Origin: Candidatus Thorarchaeota archaeon
GTDB taxonomy: Archaea > Asgardarchaeota > Thorarchaeia > Thorarchaeales > Thorarchaeaceae
Reading direction: 5' to 3'
Assembly (NCBI GenBank): GCA_963726195.1
Contig: CAVSBO010000010.1
Coordinates: forward strand, 1 to 64,000
Length of the DNA stretch: 64,000 nucleotides
Part shown: one piece after another, positions 1-11,827 of the stretch
Position numbering within the stretch: position 1 is the first letter of the stretch
How the letters are laid out: each line of letters begins with the position of its first letter
The notes under the pieces: generated by a model
What the model was told of the DNA's origin: nothing
Database searches by the model: none
What the model saw: only the letters and a program-made list of their open reading frames with translations
Position numbers and translations under genes: made by a program

Positions 1-8
1 CTGAACAC

Positions 9-1556
9 GTGGCAATCTACGGAGGAACAGGAAGTGGAAAGACAAACACAGCCATGCTAATCGTTTGTGAAGCATGGAGAAAGCGCATCACCCCTCTGGT
101 CCTGCTCCCCGGAAAGGTTGCTGACTGGCGGTCGATTCTTGGTATCATTCCCGAAGCGCGGATATTCACAGCTGGCGATGAGACCACTGCACCCTTCAGG
201 TTCAATCCGTTTGTCTGTCCGGAAGGAGTTCTTCTCAACGCATTCATACCCGCAGTCATCGATTGCTTCATCGCAACGCTGCCCAGCGAGGGCATAATCA
301 AAGAGCACATGGAGACCGTGTTCAACACGGCCTTCTCAAAGGCTGGCTGGGACCGCAGGGCAAACAAACGAGGCAGGACCGTTCTGGTGTCAGATATTCT
401 TGAGGCTCTGCTTGATGTCGAGAAGACAGCCCTTCAGTACAGCGACAAAATGAACCAAGACTTCATTGGAGCACTTCGTGCTAGATTCTCCACCCTGTTG
501 CGTGATCCGCTGCTTCCAATCTTCAACACCAAGACTGGGCTCTCTGTCAAGGAACTGCTCTCAAAACCGACAATCATAGAGATGCGGGGCCTTTCATCAG
601 AACAGAAAGCACTGTTGACCAGCCTACTCACAGTTCACATTGCACTGCACCTTGAAGCACAGACCACTTCATCGGAGACCGGTGTCAAAGGTCTCAAGCA
701 TATTCTGGTGCTCGAAGAAGCCCATCATCTCCTGAAACGAACCTCAAGCGAACGAAGCGTCAACGAAGGGCACTCGGCTCAACAACATGCAATTGGCTCA
801 ATTATAGGGCTTCTCAGAGAATCCAGAGCAAGTGGACTCTGCATCACGCTAATCGATCAGTTGCCAACCACGATGGCTGAAGAAGCTGTCAAACTCCCCG
901 GCACTACGATAATCCACTATCTGAATGAACTTGCGGAAAGGACCCTCGTTGGATTGCAGGCCAACTGCTCGCAGGATCAGATAAGACACATTGGCGGAAT
1001 GGCCCTAGGCGAGGCTGTTGTTCACATCACCCGAACGAACCAGCCGGTCAAGGTCAGAATCAGACACCTTAGCGAACTCGTGCCCGGTGGAGTCCTCGGT
1101 AAGACTTGGACAGACAAGGCCGTCGCCGAAAGGATGCGAGAGACATTTGCCAAACATCCCGAGCTAATCGAGTGGGTGGAGCCACCTCAGAGTCTTGTGG
1201 CAGAGATTTTTGGACTCCAAGCTCAAGGTTGGAGCTATGAGCAGGGAGGACAAGAGAGGGCAGGACTCGACCCCGATATCATTGGAGACCTCACCTATGC
1301 CATGGATGACCCGTTCTTCGTTGAGGCTTACGATATCACCATGGAATCCGCTTTGAAGGGACGCGTCAAGCAGACGGCACTATCAATCAGGAATGTCGTA
1401 CAGGAGTATGTGAAGGACAAATCCAAACTCCGGGAGTATTGTGAGTATATGGTCTGGTATCTGAGCCGCCAGAAAAATGACTCCGCTTGGCGCGCCGCTC
1501 ATGAAGCAATCCGTCGAAGTTTGGAGACCGAAGTCGGCCTACAGGAGGGGGTCTGA
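9..1556 (+). CDS. HerA/FtsK-like (DUF87-type) P-loop ATPase, probably 5'-truncated by the window edge
   Basis: Walker A GGTGSGKT, Walker B LVLEEAH, downstream 'RESRASG...IDQ.P' motif typical of HerA/VirB4-like ATPases. Confidence 0.75.
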   Translation: MAIYGGTGSGKTNTAMLIVCEAWRKRITPLVLLPGKVADWRSILGIIPEARIFTAGDETTAPFRFNPFVCPEGVLLNAFIPAVIDCFIATLPSEGIIKEHMETVFNTAFSKAGWDRRANKRGRTVLVSDILEALLDVEKTALQYSDKMNQDFIGALRARFSTLLRDPLLPIFNTKTGLSVKELLSKPTIIEMRGLSSEQKALLTSLLTVHIALHLEAQTTSSETGVKGLKHILVLEEAHHLLKRTSSERSVNEGHSAQQHAIGSIIGLLRESRASGLCITLIDQLPTTMAEEAVKLPGTTIIHYLNELAERTLVGLQANCSQDQIRHIGGMALGEAVVHITRTNQPVKVRIRHLSELVPGGVLGKTWTDKAVAERMRETFAKHPELIEWVEPPQSLVAEIFGLQAQGWSYEQGGQERAGLDPDIIGDLTYAMDDPFFVEAYDITMESALKGRVKQTALSIRNVVQEYVKDKSKLREYCEYMVWYLSRQKNDSAWRAAHEAIRRSLETEVGLQEGV

Positions 1557-1558
1557 TA

Positions 1559-2089
1559 ATGGGGCATTCGGAGGTTGATGAAGGCCACGATACTCCTGTT
1601 CCGGCGAGAAGAAGGAGAGAGCGGTTGTCTGACAACCAAGAACAGCCGCAGCCTGCTGCTCAATCGAAGCCTGAGAACTTGGCAGAGGACGAGAAGAAAG
1701 CGGCCAGAAGGATAGAGGACGCAACAAGAAGTGAGCAGGCTCGTCCCACTGAGGTCGATCAAAGGAAGTCAATGCGACCGTCGGAGACTGAACGTGAGTC
1801 TGGATATGTTCGAGTCACTGAAGAGGCAAAGAAACGCCTGAGTGAGATTCCCAAGACGGAAGAAAGAGAGGATGAGCGCTACTTCACTCTGAAGAGAGCA
1901 TTCATCACGGCCGCAGAGGAATACAGAAGGTCTCGGGTACAGGAGCAGGCAAAGTCTGCTGAGTTGCATCAGGCGCCAGAGGCCCAACCTCAGACTGATT
2001 CTCCACGGGCCAAGGAGGCTGAAAGAACAGAGGCGAAGAAGGAGGCGCTCAAGGGCCCTTTCCCGAAAGACTCACGGTCGAGGAATTGA
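1559..2089 (+). CDS. Highly charged hypothetical protein, possibly the N-terminal part of a frameshifted larger gene continuing to 3909
   Basis: ORF starts 2 nt after the ATPase stop; E/R/K-rich. Confidence 0.5.
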   Translation: MGHSEVDEGHDTPVPARRRRERLSDNQEQPQPAAQSKPENLAEDEKKAARRIEDATRSEQARPTEVDQRKSMRPSETERESGYVRVTEEAKKRLSEIPKTEEREDERYFTLKRAFITAAEEYRRSRVQEQAKSAELHQAPEAQPQTDSPRAKEAERTEAKKEALKGPFPKDSRSRN

Positions 2090-2227
2090 ATGCGGCCGTT
2101 CGACAGCATCCGCATCTTGAGAAGACATTGAGTGAAGAACGCCATCGTGAGGCGGTCGAGTACTGCGAGCGGCGACATATCATGACGACGCACGGACGCG
2201 GGGTGGTACAGGCTCAAACCCCGGCTC

Positions 2228-3909
2228 GTGTCACATCTTGAACGACAGGAGGTACGACGGGTTGAGCATGAGAGGGACGTTCCTGCGGAGGCGCTCGGGC
2301 ACAGGGTCGATCCGGAAACTGTGAAGCGGGCGCTGGCGGACGTCAGGGACCTCAGGAGACCGGAAATCGCGGAACTGTCGGACGTGGTCGAGAGGCTGTA
2401 TCGGGCAAATAAGGACCCGGAGAAGCTTCGCGTGCATTACGCGGAGTTGTATCAGGTCGGGGTTCGGTTGGTGGACGACCCGTTTCGGGATGTGGCGTGG
2501 GCGATTCGGGAGAACAGGGGCGTGCTCGAGAAGACGCTGAACGAACGACTCGGGCTGAAAGGAGGCGAATCGAGAGGTCAGGATCGCTGTTATGGACAGC
2601 AGGTTGTACTACTGGACCAAGGACACGAGTCCGGATAACTGGTTGAACGCGCTTGACGAACAGAAGATGTACTTCCGAACTAAGGAGGACAAGTTCGAGC
2701 TCATAGAGGAATTACGGCAACATCTACACATCCGCGGCGGGCCGGACGCGTCGCAATACTATCTCAATGACTTGGCTGGCCAACTCAGCCGGCTTGAGGA
2801 CCCGTCGGTAAATAGGTTCGGACGATATTGGATTCACCATTACTTCGACGGAGAAACCATGCATCTGGTTGCCGACACCCTCGGGGTCACGATTGATGAC
2901 CTGAAGGGACGCGTCGGGCACATGGGCATAAGCGAGAGAGGACGGATATCCAATCCACAGTTCCCCGAAATTCACGAGTGGAGGATGAGAGTCGATCGCG
3001 ATCATTGAGAGTGACGGGAGTCTGGAACAAAACGGGAAACTGAGGTACTACGAGGATGTGCGCGACCGTGACAGATGCATGATTGCGTATGAACTGTTCC
3101 GCAAGTTTGGGGAGTTCAAGTTCAAGCCGTATAGAGGACCGGATGGCAATGACAGCTGCATCAGGGTGGAATTGCCGATGGTTATAGGGGCTTTAATGAG
3201 GAATTGGGGAGTACCAGAGGGTGACAAGGCGATTCGTAACATGGGGTTGCCCCTATGTATTGTCAAAGAGCCCTTGGAAGTGAAGACCTATTATCTTCCG
3301 GAAATGGTTTCACAAGATGGCTGCTTCTCAAAGAGTGCTTTCAGCGTGGACCGCTGTAATGCACTCTTCGCAGGCAAGAAAGGGGATGTGTACCGAATGG
3401 AGTATGGAACAGAAGATGTGGTTGGTCAAGAACACATAGACCTTGTGAGACGGTTCGGCAAACCGTTGCCTGCTGGCTTGGGTTATGATGATGGGGAACG
3501 CATTGCTCTCAGAATCAAGACCCTCAATGACCTCTCGTACTCTTCGAATATCTCAGTGTCATCGCTCGCTAAGGACCTGATGGAAATCGTTGAGGCAAAT
3601 CCGAATAGACTGCTCAAGGATGAGGTCGAGTATATCATTAGACCGCTCGGAATTGGTGTTACCTTCGACCCGGAGCAATTGGTGTACTATGTTGAATCAG
3701 GAAGATTGTCGGTGGAGTGGACATCTAGAACGAATGGCGTAGATGATGCCATCAGATGGGCCCTGATCGCGCCTCCGAACCATCCACGGAAAATGGACGC
3801 AGTCGTTCGATTCGTTTTGAAACACAGGGCGAAGACAGACATTGTCAAGAGAGAGATAACCGAAGATGGAATGAAGATAAACCCACTATGGGAGGAGTAC
3901 GGAATATGA
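2228..3909 (+). CDS. Frameshifted protein with a double-motif LAGLIDADG-like endonuclease domain
   Basis: Overlapping ORFs 2228-2638, 2592-3008 and 3058-3909. The frame of the last ORF reads IAIIESDGSL from 2995, then WGVPEGDK...LP...YYLPEMVSQDGCF, matching the two LAGLIDADG helices. Confidence 0.55.
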
Positions 3910-4562
3910 ACGATCAGACTCAACAAGCCATCGAAAAGCTGCTGGAATTACTGAGAGAAAGTGAAAGTGGGAAAAGCCCCAAGATGGACGTGGAACAGCG
4001 TCTGTCCACCAGTTTCTCGCCCATTGTCTGTTCTGCTGCAATCCAACAAGCATTGGAGAGCTTTCTAATGGATCAAGTCATTGACTATCCGTCTGATGTG
4101 CCCGATGAAGAGAAGGATAAGCCAATCTGGTTCCTGAAGCTGATGGACTCTGAAGAGAGTAATCGATTGCGTACACTAAAGCCCATCGACTTGGCAATAC
4201 TACAGGCTCTACGAAATCACAGCGAGTATGGCAGAATAGGTGCGATGAATGAAGACGCACTCAGAGTTCAGCTTGTACTGGAAGGATTCTCAAGAGAAGA
4301 ACTCCGAGTCCTGTATGTGCCAGACAAGGTTGACTCGCATCACACCTTCGAGGACAACGGATGGGTAAAGTGGTGCTATCTAATACCTGAATACGAGAAG
4401 ACCGAAGAATACAGGCATGAACAAGAGGAGATGCTGATGAGAGGCGTCGAAAGAGAATCGATGGAAATTCGTATGCATGAGGAATGCGAGAAAGAAGAGA
4501 TCCAGAAGCAGAAGAGAAAGTCTTCTGCTACTAAGAAAGCATCACGCACTCATTCTGTATGA
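3906..4562 (+). CDS. Hypothetical protein
   Basis: ATG at 3906 overlaps the upstream stop (ATGA); open to 4562. Confidence 0.6.
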   Translation: MNDQTQQAIEKLLELLRESESGKSPKMDVEQRLSTSFSPIVCSAAIQQALESFLMDQVIDYPSDVPDEEKDKPIWFLKLMDSEESNRLRTLKPIDLAILQALRNHSEYGRIGAMNEDALRVQLVLEGFSREELRVLYVPDKVDSHHTFEDNGWVKWCYLIPEYEKTEEYRHEQEEMLMRGVERESMEIRMHEECEKEEIQKQKRKSSATKKASRTHSV

Positions 4563-4597
4563 AAACACTTAAAGGTCTAGCACGGTTTCTCGGCCTC

Positions 4598-4739
4598 AGC
4601 GGGCTAGGGAAGCCAGAGTTTGGTGAGTTTAAATCACCAAGACGGCGATGCCTGTCCCGCAGGGCTCATACCCTCAACTCAATGAGAGCTCAGGAGTGAG
4701 ACCCTGAGATCGGTCGTTCGAATCGACCGCCCGCTACCA
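4598..4739 (+). tRNA. Initiator tRNA-Met(CAU) with two introns (D-loop ~4617-4649; anticodon loop ~4671-4700) and encoded CCA
   Basis: Acceptor AGCGGGC/GCCCGCT with A1:U72; D-stem GGGA/TCCC; anticodon stem CAGGG/CCCTG with three G-C pairs around CT-CAT-A; T-arm GGTCG-TTCGAAT-CGACC; ACCA end; TATA-like CTTAAAG ~25 nt upstream. Confidence 0.93.
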
Positions 4740-4885
4740 CTTCTTCTCTCATTCCGTTAATACCTGCCTTTGCACAAAGCAGTCAGTCAGGCTAAGAAAG
4801 CCAGCATCGTGGACGGAAAAGGTAGAGAGAAACCTGAAAAGATGCATGAGGCGGTTATGATACGGTTCTTCAGTGGTGGGATAGC

Positions 4886-5925
4886 TTGAAGATTCCAGAA
4901 GCGGACCCCGATGTTGTAATGGAGTGCGTAAGAGCGGTTTCGCTTGGTTTCGTTACAACTAAGAAAGTGGCGGCCTGCATATATGGGCACGAATACAAGG
5001 ACATACCCTCGCGAAGCAAAGGTGTCGTTGGGCTAGCTATTGAGGCTGCTAGGGACTTGGGTTTTCTAAATGTATTCAGCGGAAGCCTATACGATGCCGA
5101 CCTCTCGCTAACCAATCCACTTGCGTCGACTACTTGGGATGAAGCTATAAAGAGAGCGTTGTTTCGTGAACGCCTCCAGCAGTATGAGCCCTATGTCAGG
5201 TTTCATTCCTTCGTGGACATCGGGGACTCTGCAGACTCTGCAGCAAGAAAAGTGAGCATATACTATGACATAACGCCCTTGCTAAGTGGTGAAGAGAATA
5301 CTCTGGCTAGATGGGGCCTGTATGCAGGCACCCTAGTCAAGGTCGACAAAATCGTTCAGATCTCGCCAACAGTGAAGTCGAAATCAATCACCAAGACTGT
5401 GTCAAACCTTGAGGGTTTCTTTCAAGCAATGGATACAGAGATGGCAAGCCGAGTCTTCATCCAGACTTTCTTGGGCCAGCAAGCATATGATTTTCTAACA
5501 GAGGATATAAAGAAAGACTTGGTAGAGTCGATGACTCTCGCTGTCGGTAGGCCGGAGGATGCCGTGAGATTATGGGACGGGCACTCGAAGACTACGTCAA
5601 GCTCTTGGCCAAGAATACCAATGTGCTTCTTGAGGATAGAGGGAAGCCTATCAGTACCATTGGTGTGATTATTGACAAGCTGCGCAGTGAGGGGCGCCTT
5701 GCCAACCACCACGTGAATGCCCTAAAAGGACTCGAAGTGTATACGGATGCTAGTCTGTTTCAGGGACTTAATGCATATCGAGATATGCCTGTACACGGAA
5801 TAGACCCTGATGCTGATATGAGGTGGTCACTGAGTACTGAAGTTGCCATTGTGGGCACCTTGCAGTTACTTCTTTCTATTAGAAGCACTTATCACTATCT
5901 TGTGAACAGGAAGTTGTCATATTAG
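4886..5925 (+). CDS. Protein with C-terminal HEPN/DUF4145-like domain (frameshift ~5575)
   Basis: ORFs 4886-5668 and 5572-5925 overlap; GRALE helix and R-x4-H motif (YRDMPVHG). Confidence 0.55.
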
Positions 5926-5933
5926 GGGGCAGT

Positions 5934-6644
5934 ATGTTGTCACAAGACGAAAAGCACAAAGGTGGAAGAAAAGGTGGGAAGATATACCCTCGGTATTCGC
6001 TAGATGAACTTGACAAACACATAGAGCTGTTAGTTTCGAAGACAAGCACAAAGCCCCAGGACTATAAATCATTTTGCGCCGGGATTTTTGACATCAAATA
6101 CAACCCGGTCTGCCAAATGAAGATATCAGCGCTGAAACAGTTCGGTCTTATCGAAGAAAAGGGAAGCGAGCTTTCGGCAACACAGTCTCTGTAAACGAAT
6201 AGGATCCAGACCGAGAGAAGAGCGGGCTCCTTACTATGCCGAGGCATTCAAGAACGTTGATGTTTTTGTTCGAGCCAGTGAGACTTTCAGTGGCAGAAAA
6301 GTCACTCTCGCACAACTGGGGACTTACGCAGCCGAAGCACTTGGTATCCATATCGATAACAAGGATGACTTTGCCAGCAAGTGGATTCAGCAAAGATTGC
6401 GGGACTCTGCGCTGAGCAGGACGATGGCTACCTCTTCGTTTTGATTGAGCCCAGCGAGCAACAGGAGAAAGAGATTGAGGAAACTATGGAAAGTGGGACT
6501 CCTGTTGTGGCCAAGCTCTTCAAGCAGAAAGTGGAAGCCTGCACAGGTGGAAGGGTTAACATCGAACTGAAGATTGACTCGACGCTTGATCCCGAGGTGC
6601 TCGAGAAACATCTTCGGAAGCTAAGAGATTTCGGGCTGATTTGA
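5934..6644 (+). CDS. Hypothetical protein, likely winged-helix, frameshifted
   Basis: Consecutive ORF pieces 5934-6194 and 6381-6644, starting 8 nt after the upstream gene. Confidence 0.45.
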
Positions 6645-6944
6645 GAACACGGTCCTGCTATTCGCAGACGTAACCATCCGTGACCGACACATGCAGCCAA
6701 CAGCCGGCTGACATTTCCCTTTGTTATGCGGTTGCCTTATCGCATGCAGTCTCTACTGCCTGTCTTGTCCCAGAATCTCTATGACGTGATCCCGTGCTCA
6801 ATGAAACAAAAGCACCGGGGCAGCAATAATCCGGATGATGAAGAGCAACACGTTCACTGGCGAAGAGTATTCCAAAATGCGGCCACTCTCTCTGTTAGGG
6901 TATGCAGGCCAAGCAAATGATTAAAAACTCTTATATACAACTGC

Positions 6945-7748
6945 TTGAGTGCTAAAGCAGAATCCGTCAGGTGGAGCGCGGGCGTGGCAAAGAAAGAGGA
7001 ATCGAAAGCAGAACCCATTGCAATACCATATGGCGTATCTCTTGAGGGTCTGCTCGACGTCATTGGTGCTTGGAATCGAGCACAAGGATATGCACGACCT
7101 CTGCAGGCAGAGGAAGTGGCAGAACGAATCAGGAGTAGCGCAAAGGCTGAGAGCAAAGCGAAGCTGATATCCAATCAGAGTTCATTCCTTATACAAATCG
7201 GAATCTTGGTCAAGGAGGGTCAGTCGAATCGTCTCACGCAAAATGGGTGTGATGTAGCCCGTGCGGTGGACTATTCGCACCTTGAGGAATTCAACTCGTT
7301 GATGAGAAAACTGATACTCAAGTGGCCGCAGATACAACCTTTGATTGAGTTCGTACGGAACAGGGGCAATGTACCAATAAAGGAACTGGTCGTACGAACT
7401 GTGAAAGACTCCAAAAAATCGATGAGCACTACAAACGCTGCAATGGGCGGGAACACACTTGTGCAGCTTCTCGAGCAGGTCGGAATACTAGTAGCGGAAG
7501 AGGGATCTGTAAGCTTGGCAAACGGGATTCGTCATGTCGGAGAAACCTCGGTGCTTCCCAAGATGCCCACTTCTGCTGAACGGCCCACTCAGACATCCCG
7601 ATTCGATAAGCAGCTAAGCAGCGGGGGGATTGCTATCCAAGTCACCGTTCTTGTGACAGCTTCAGATGATCAGAATCCAGAACGGCTCAGAGAGGTCATA
7701 AGCAGGTTGGAGGAAACTCTGACTGCGCTTGGATTCAAACCCAGTTAA
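6945..7748 (+). CDS. Hypothetical protein with tandem winged-helix-like segments
   Basis: 267 aa ORF with 'LIQIGIL...LT..G' and 'LLEQVGIL' motifs; TATA-like CTTATATA just upstream. Confidence 0.6.
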   Translation: MSAKAESVRWSAGVAKKEESKAEPIAIPYGVSLEGLLDVIGAWNRAQGYARPLQAEEVAERIRSSAKAESKAKLISNQSSFLIQIGILVKEGQSNRLTQNGCDVARAVDYSHLEEFNSLMRKLILKWPQIQPLIEFVRNRGNVPIKELVVRTVKDSKKSMSTTNAAMGGNTLVQLLEQVGILVAEEGSVSLANGIRHVGETSVLPKMPTSAERPTQTSRFDKQLSSGGIAIQVTVLVTASDDQNPERLREVISRLEETLTALGFKPS

Positions 7749-7971
7749 ACAAATCCCCGCCTTCCAAGCGGGCGTTTCTCACTGTCACCTTTCGTCTTCT
7801 CGCGGCCTAAGCACTCCGACGAAGCCTAAGAAGGCCACGTCAGGAACAGAAAGAAATCCAGGGCCATCTGTGTGAGTAGTCAGACCGCTTGTTGAAGAGA
7901 AGAACGTTTCGGGAGTATTAGACCCCTTAGACCATGCTGTTTCATCATAGATGCCTGTCTAGATTGTAGAA

Positions 7972-8056
7972 TCCCGCAGGGCTCATTTTCAGACTCCAAT
8001 GGGAGCTGAAGAGCAGAACCCTGAGACCGGTCGTTCAAATCGACCCCCCGCTACCA
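7972..8056 (+). repeat. Partial tRNA-iMet copy 1 (D-stem 3' strand to CCA, with variant intron)
   Basis: TCCCGCAGGGCTCAT...ACCCTGAGACCGGTCGTTCAAATCGACCCCCCGCTACCA. Confidence 0.92.
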
Positions 8057-8075
8057 TCTTTTCCGTGTCTTCGAT

Positions 8076-9130
8076 TTACCTCGTTGGCTCAGCGCCCGCA
8101 GCTTTTGAGGACCCCTCGAGTTTCTTTGCCCTCTGAACACAGAGTTTTACCATTTTGTCTTCGCCGCGTGTTTTCCACAAACCTGCAAGTGCCAACCATG
8201 CATTTCGATGAAGAGCATTTGCTTGAGAGTTGATCGCATATGCCTTCGCCAGGTACTCTGTCGCCTTACGAAGCGGATTGGTGAGGAATTTGATGCCGTC
8301 TGCTGTCCTATTGTACATCTCAATTTCGGTCATCCCTCTGCCCAGCCAACTCCAAAGGATGTGGCATCGATTTTCGTACTAGTTTGAAATGCGTAACCTG
8401 CAAGACCGTACAGGGTCGCATTGCATAGGAACCATCCAATCTCGGTCCACCGGGAGTCATCCTCGGGCTCAAGAGTGAGTATCCGTTCGTATGCGCCCTG
8501 TGTGAGCTTCCATGTCCGGAGTGCCGTATCGGGTGAGGCTTCCTGTTTATTCATTTCCACAAGCTCAGTTAGTACCGACTGACGCAAGGTGTCGACCCGT
8601 CCCTGCAGTTCGCTCATCGAGAGTGAGGGAAGTTTGGCCTTGATATAATCGAAGAACTCTCTGTTCTGCTCAAGTATCTTCAACTGAAAACTGTCCGGAA
8701 ACCTGCCAATCATAATCCCGTTGTCGCGTAGGGTTGCCTCTCCTTCTCCCCTGATATCCGGATTGTAGTCGAGTGTTCCAATCCACACCTTCCGGATTCG
8801 ACGACTCATAATCCATTTAACACAAGGGTTCTTGTCATGACTTCTCCGCGTACATGGCTCAAGAGTAGTAATCATGTCGGCGTTCTCAATTTCTGCATTC
8901 CCCCTTGACTTCTTCTCAAGGGCAATGAACTCTGCATGATCTCCTTTGCCTATCTCTCCTCGAAATGCTTCAGCCAAGACGTTCCCATTCTTGACAATCA
9001 CTACTCCCACCTTTGGGTGTGGACGATTATCCTCACCTATACATCGCTCAGCGAGTTCGATAGCACGTGCGAAATGCTCAAACTTCACCCTGTTCGGATT
9101 CGATTTAGTGGAGAGTTCTAGAATGGGCAC
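8076..9130 (-). CDS. RibD-like Zn-dependent deaminase with TPR-like C-terminus (split at ~8330)
   Basis: HPKVGVVIVK, HAE, TTLEPC...C motifs; helical C-terminus continuing in ORF 8076-8333; no RibD reductase domain. Confidence 0.75.
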
Positions 9131-9820
9131 CCCCGTCTCCCTAATCTGTCGACTGCTGGACTTTGATTAACACTGTGCCCTTACCAAGAATGATGGCTTT
9201 TCAGACCAGATTAGTAGAGTGGTTAGTGTCAAGGATGGGCGTCCTTATATTCGTTCATGCTAATCATACTGCCATGAGACGAAGTTACGCCCGATACGGT
9301 GGCAAGAACTTCTATGCTGCAGGATGGGGCAAGCGAGGCCCGTACATTGTATTACAAGGCGCATAGGTGGACGAACCTATGCCAAGGCATCCGCTGGTCT
9401 GTCTGGAGTAAGCGTGGGTGTGAAGTACTCCAGCAGAAAATCCTCTGTTCAGGGAATGGTCAATCTGTCAAGTGGAAAGCCCTCGTACTCGTACAAGAGA
9501 AAGGGATAGCCGAGACCTGAAACACGTGGGGCCTGAATTAGTGGCAACTGACTTCTTCTGATTCTTGACTACGTGTCGTTGCCAAATCCGGCCCTGCATA
9601 GAAGTGTCCGTTCTGTGAAGGTTTCATGGCCGGGAATCTTGGTCGTCCTGACCGTCAAAGAATAGACACAGCAAGGAAGTACGCATATGGTATTGTGGTC
9701 TTTGACAGAATGAATGCCTGACCTCTACTACGAGATTCAGCGGCCCATTCGGATATTTGCCAAAGGGGTGTGGTCGAAGGATGCGCTGATGTGGTCTGAA
9801 GAAATGGCCCGTGTTGAGCA

Positions 9821-9848
9821 CGGTCGTTCAAATCGATCCCCCCTACCA
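9821..9848 (+). repeat. Partial tRNA-iMet copy 2 (T-arm and acceptor only, degenerate)
   Basis: CGGTCGTTCAAATCGATCCCCCCTACCA. Confidence 0.85.
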
Positions 9849-9933
9849 TATTCTCATCGGCCTTTCATAACAAGAAATCAATACACTCGGAGTCCTAACC
9901 AGACCCAGTCATCACCCGAAGATGCGAATCCCA

Positions 9934-11532
9934 TCAGACTCGAAACCTGAGTTGGACTTCCATGTCAAGTAGACTGGAAATGCTCCTTCGCCGAACATGC
10001 TGCGCATGGTCTGCAGCCATGACTTGTCGTCTTCTGTGGGGCTTTTCATCGATGAGTACTAGCCAGAGGCCGTGTTTCTCTCGGTGAGGATACAGCTGAT
10101 AGTAGAGAACCTGTCCGAGTGCATCCCTAATGGCATTCCAAGGTTTGCCATCTGCACACTTCGCTTCAACAGCATAGTCTATGCGATTGTGTCGGAATAC
10201 CACGTCCACGTAGCGCACTCCTGTACGAGGTTTTGTGATTCCCATGGAGCGAAGCCACCGGCAGAAGCCATTGACCAACCTGCTCTCCTCCGGTGACATA
10301 TGAACGCTGCCTTCCCCGCGTTTGTAGGTTGTGCCCTCTTCGTTCTGGGGTTCGGTTCGGCCTGAGGCAGACCCACGGCTTTTCCTCTTCTTCGTCGTCA
10401 GAAGTTCTATTTCCTGTTTGGCAGGCTCGTAGTGAGGGTCAAGGGATAGTGCACGCTCAAGTGCGAACTCTGCCTTATCGAAACGTTTCCTGTTCTTGTG
10501 AGCAAGCGCAACGGCATACAACGCGTCTTTGTGTTGACACTCAGGCATTCGGTTAGCATTCACGCATTCAACTTGCAGGCTTCCATTCTGTTTCCGGGCG
10601 ATTCTCCAAATCCCGTGTTGTAAAGGATCGTATGCAGTATACTCACCTCGTGCAGACCGGTATAGTATGTCATAGCGAGGGTCGTTGGCCCATCGAGGCT
10701 GAGAGTTCTCAGGACCATTGACTCTGCCTTGAAGGTTTACAGTGCAGAATCCTACCTGACGTTCTATCGTGGTTGAGATCGGTGTCCAAATCCGTATGTC
10801 CGCGCACAGTAATCTTTGATTTGAACCATCTTGGCCTTTGGACGAAGGTTCAAGATGGCGTCGAGCACCATTGACCACGCCGGAATCTCCTTGTCCGCGC
10901 GTCCCCTGCCAAGCTTCTCAAGGTTGGTCTTCCTGCCCGGGAACTTCTTTGTAAAACCGCTAAGCCCCAGAGGGGGTAGCCACTGTTCTTTGTGTTGACC
11001 CTGCCTTGATGCGTTCGATTTCGTGAACGAAGTTGGCTACTTGACGCCCCATTCGGGGGCTCTCCAGCAGGGCGACCCACGCCACCTTGCTACTTACTCC
11101 CCCATCCTTTGCTACAACCCACTTACCTTGGAAACCCCGTCGGAAAGACTTCTTTCCTATGCCCTTTCTACCTCCGCCAATTCTGCCTCTGTGCAGAAGA
11201 TAGTATCTCCCCGCTAGAATCCTTGGCGAAGACTCCTTGTATCTGATGACTTACTCCTTCAAACGGGGGATTCATCTCACAGGTTATGCTGTGAGAGTGT
11301 GTCGAGTTCCATTCAGGTTCTTCTGTTCCGAATGCGTTCCAATATCGGTTCTCTGCTTTGCTGAATGTCCACCAGATACCCAGCGCCTTACTCCAATAGG
11401 TGTCAAGATTCTTCTTCTCGCCCAGATGGCCAACAATCAAAACGCCGCTTCTTTCGGCGTTCTTGTTATACCTTTCATGAAGAGGGTTTGCGCTTGGTCG
11501 ATTTCGCGTCTCTTCTCAATCACCACTAGCAT
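9934..11532 (-). CDS. Frameshifted multidomain protein with TPR and C-terminal PD-(D/E)xK nuclease (restriction-like)
   Basis: VDVVF...AVEAK...IRDALGQVLYY; TPR 'KAEFALERALSLDP'; upstream fragment 11168-11440 (NRYWNAFG) on the same strand. Confidence 0.55.
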
Positions 11533-11746
11533 TCATTTCCGCCTCCACGAACACACTGTACGAAACAACGATAGTTGGCTGTCACAGTTCCTTTCCGCCA
11601 CGAACACAGCCCAGTCTTACACAAATCATAGACCGCACCACTAGTCGTTTCCCCACGGTGATTGACAATCTGCACCCGCTTCAATAAGAGGATTGCCCTG
11701 TTCTGGATGCCGGAGCACGCTAAGCCCTACTTCACCAATCATACTA

Positions 11747-11827
11747 TCCCACAGGGCTCATACCTCAAGTTCGACAAGAACTTGAGAGACACCCTGAACC
11801 GGTCGTTCAAATCGACCCCCGCTACCA
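11747..11827 (+). repeat. Partial tRNA-iMet copy 3 (with intron)
   Basis: TCCCACAGGGCTCATA-CCTCAAGTTCGACAAGAACTTGAGAGAC-ACCCTGAACCGGTCGTTCAAATCGACCCCCGCTACCA. Confidence 0.92.
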
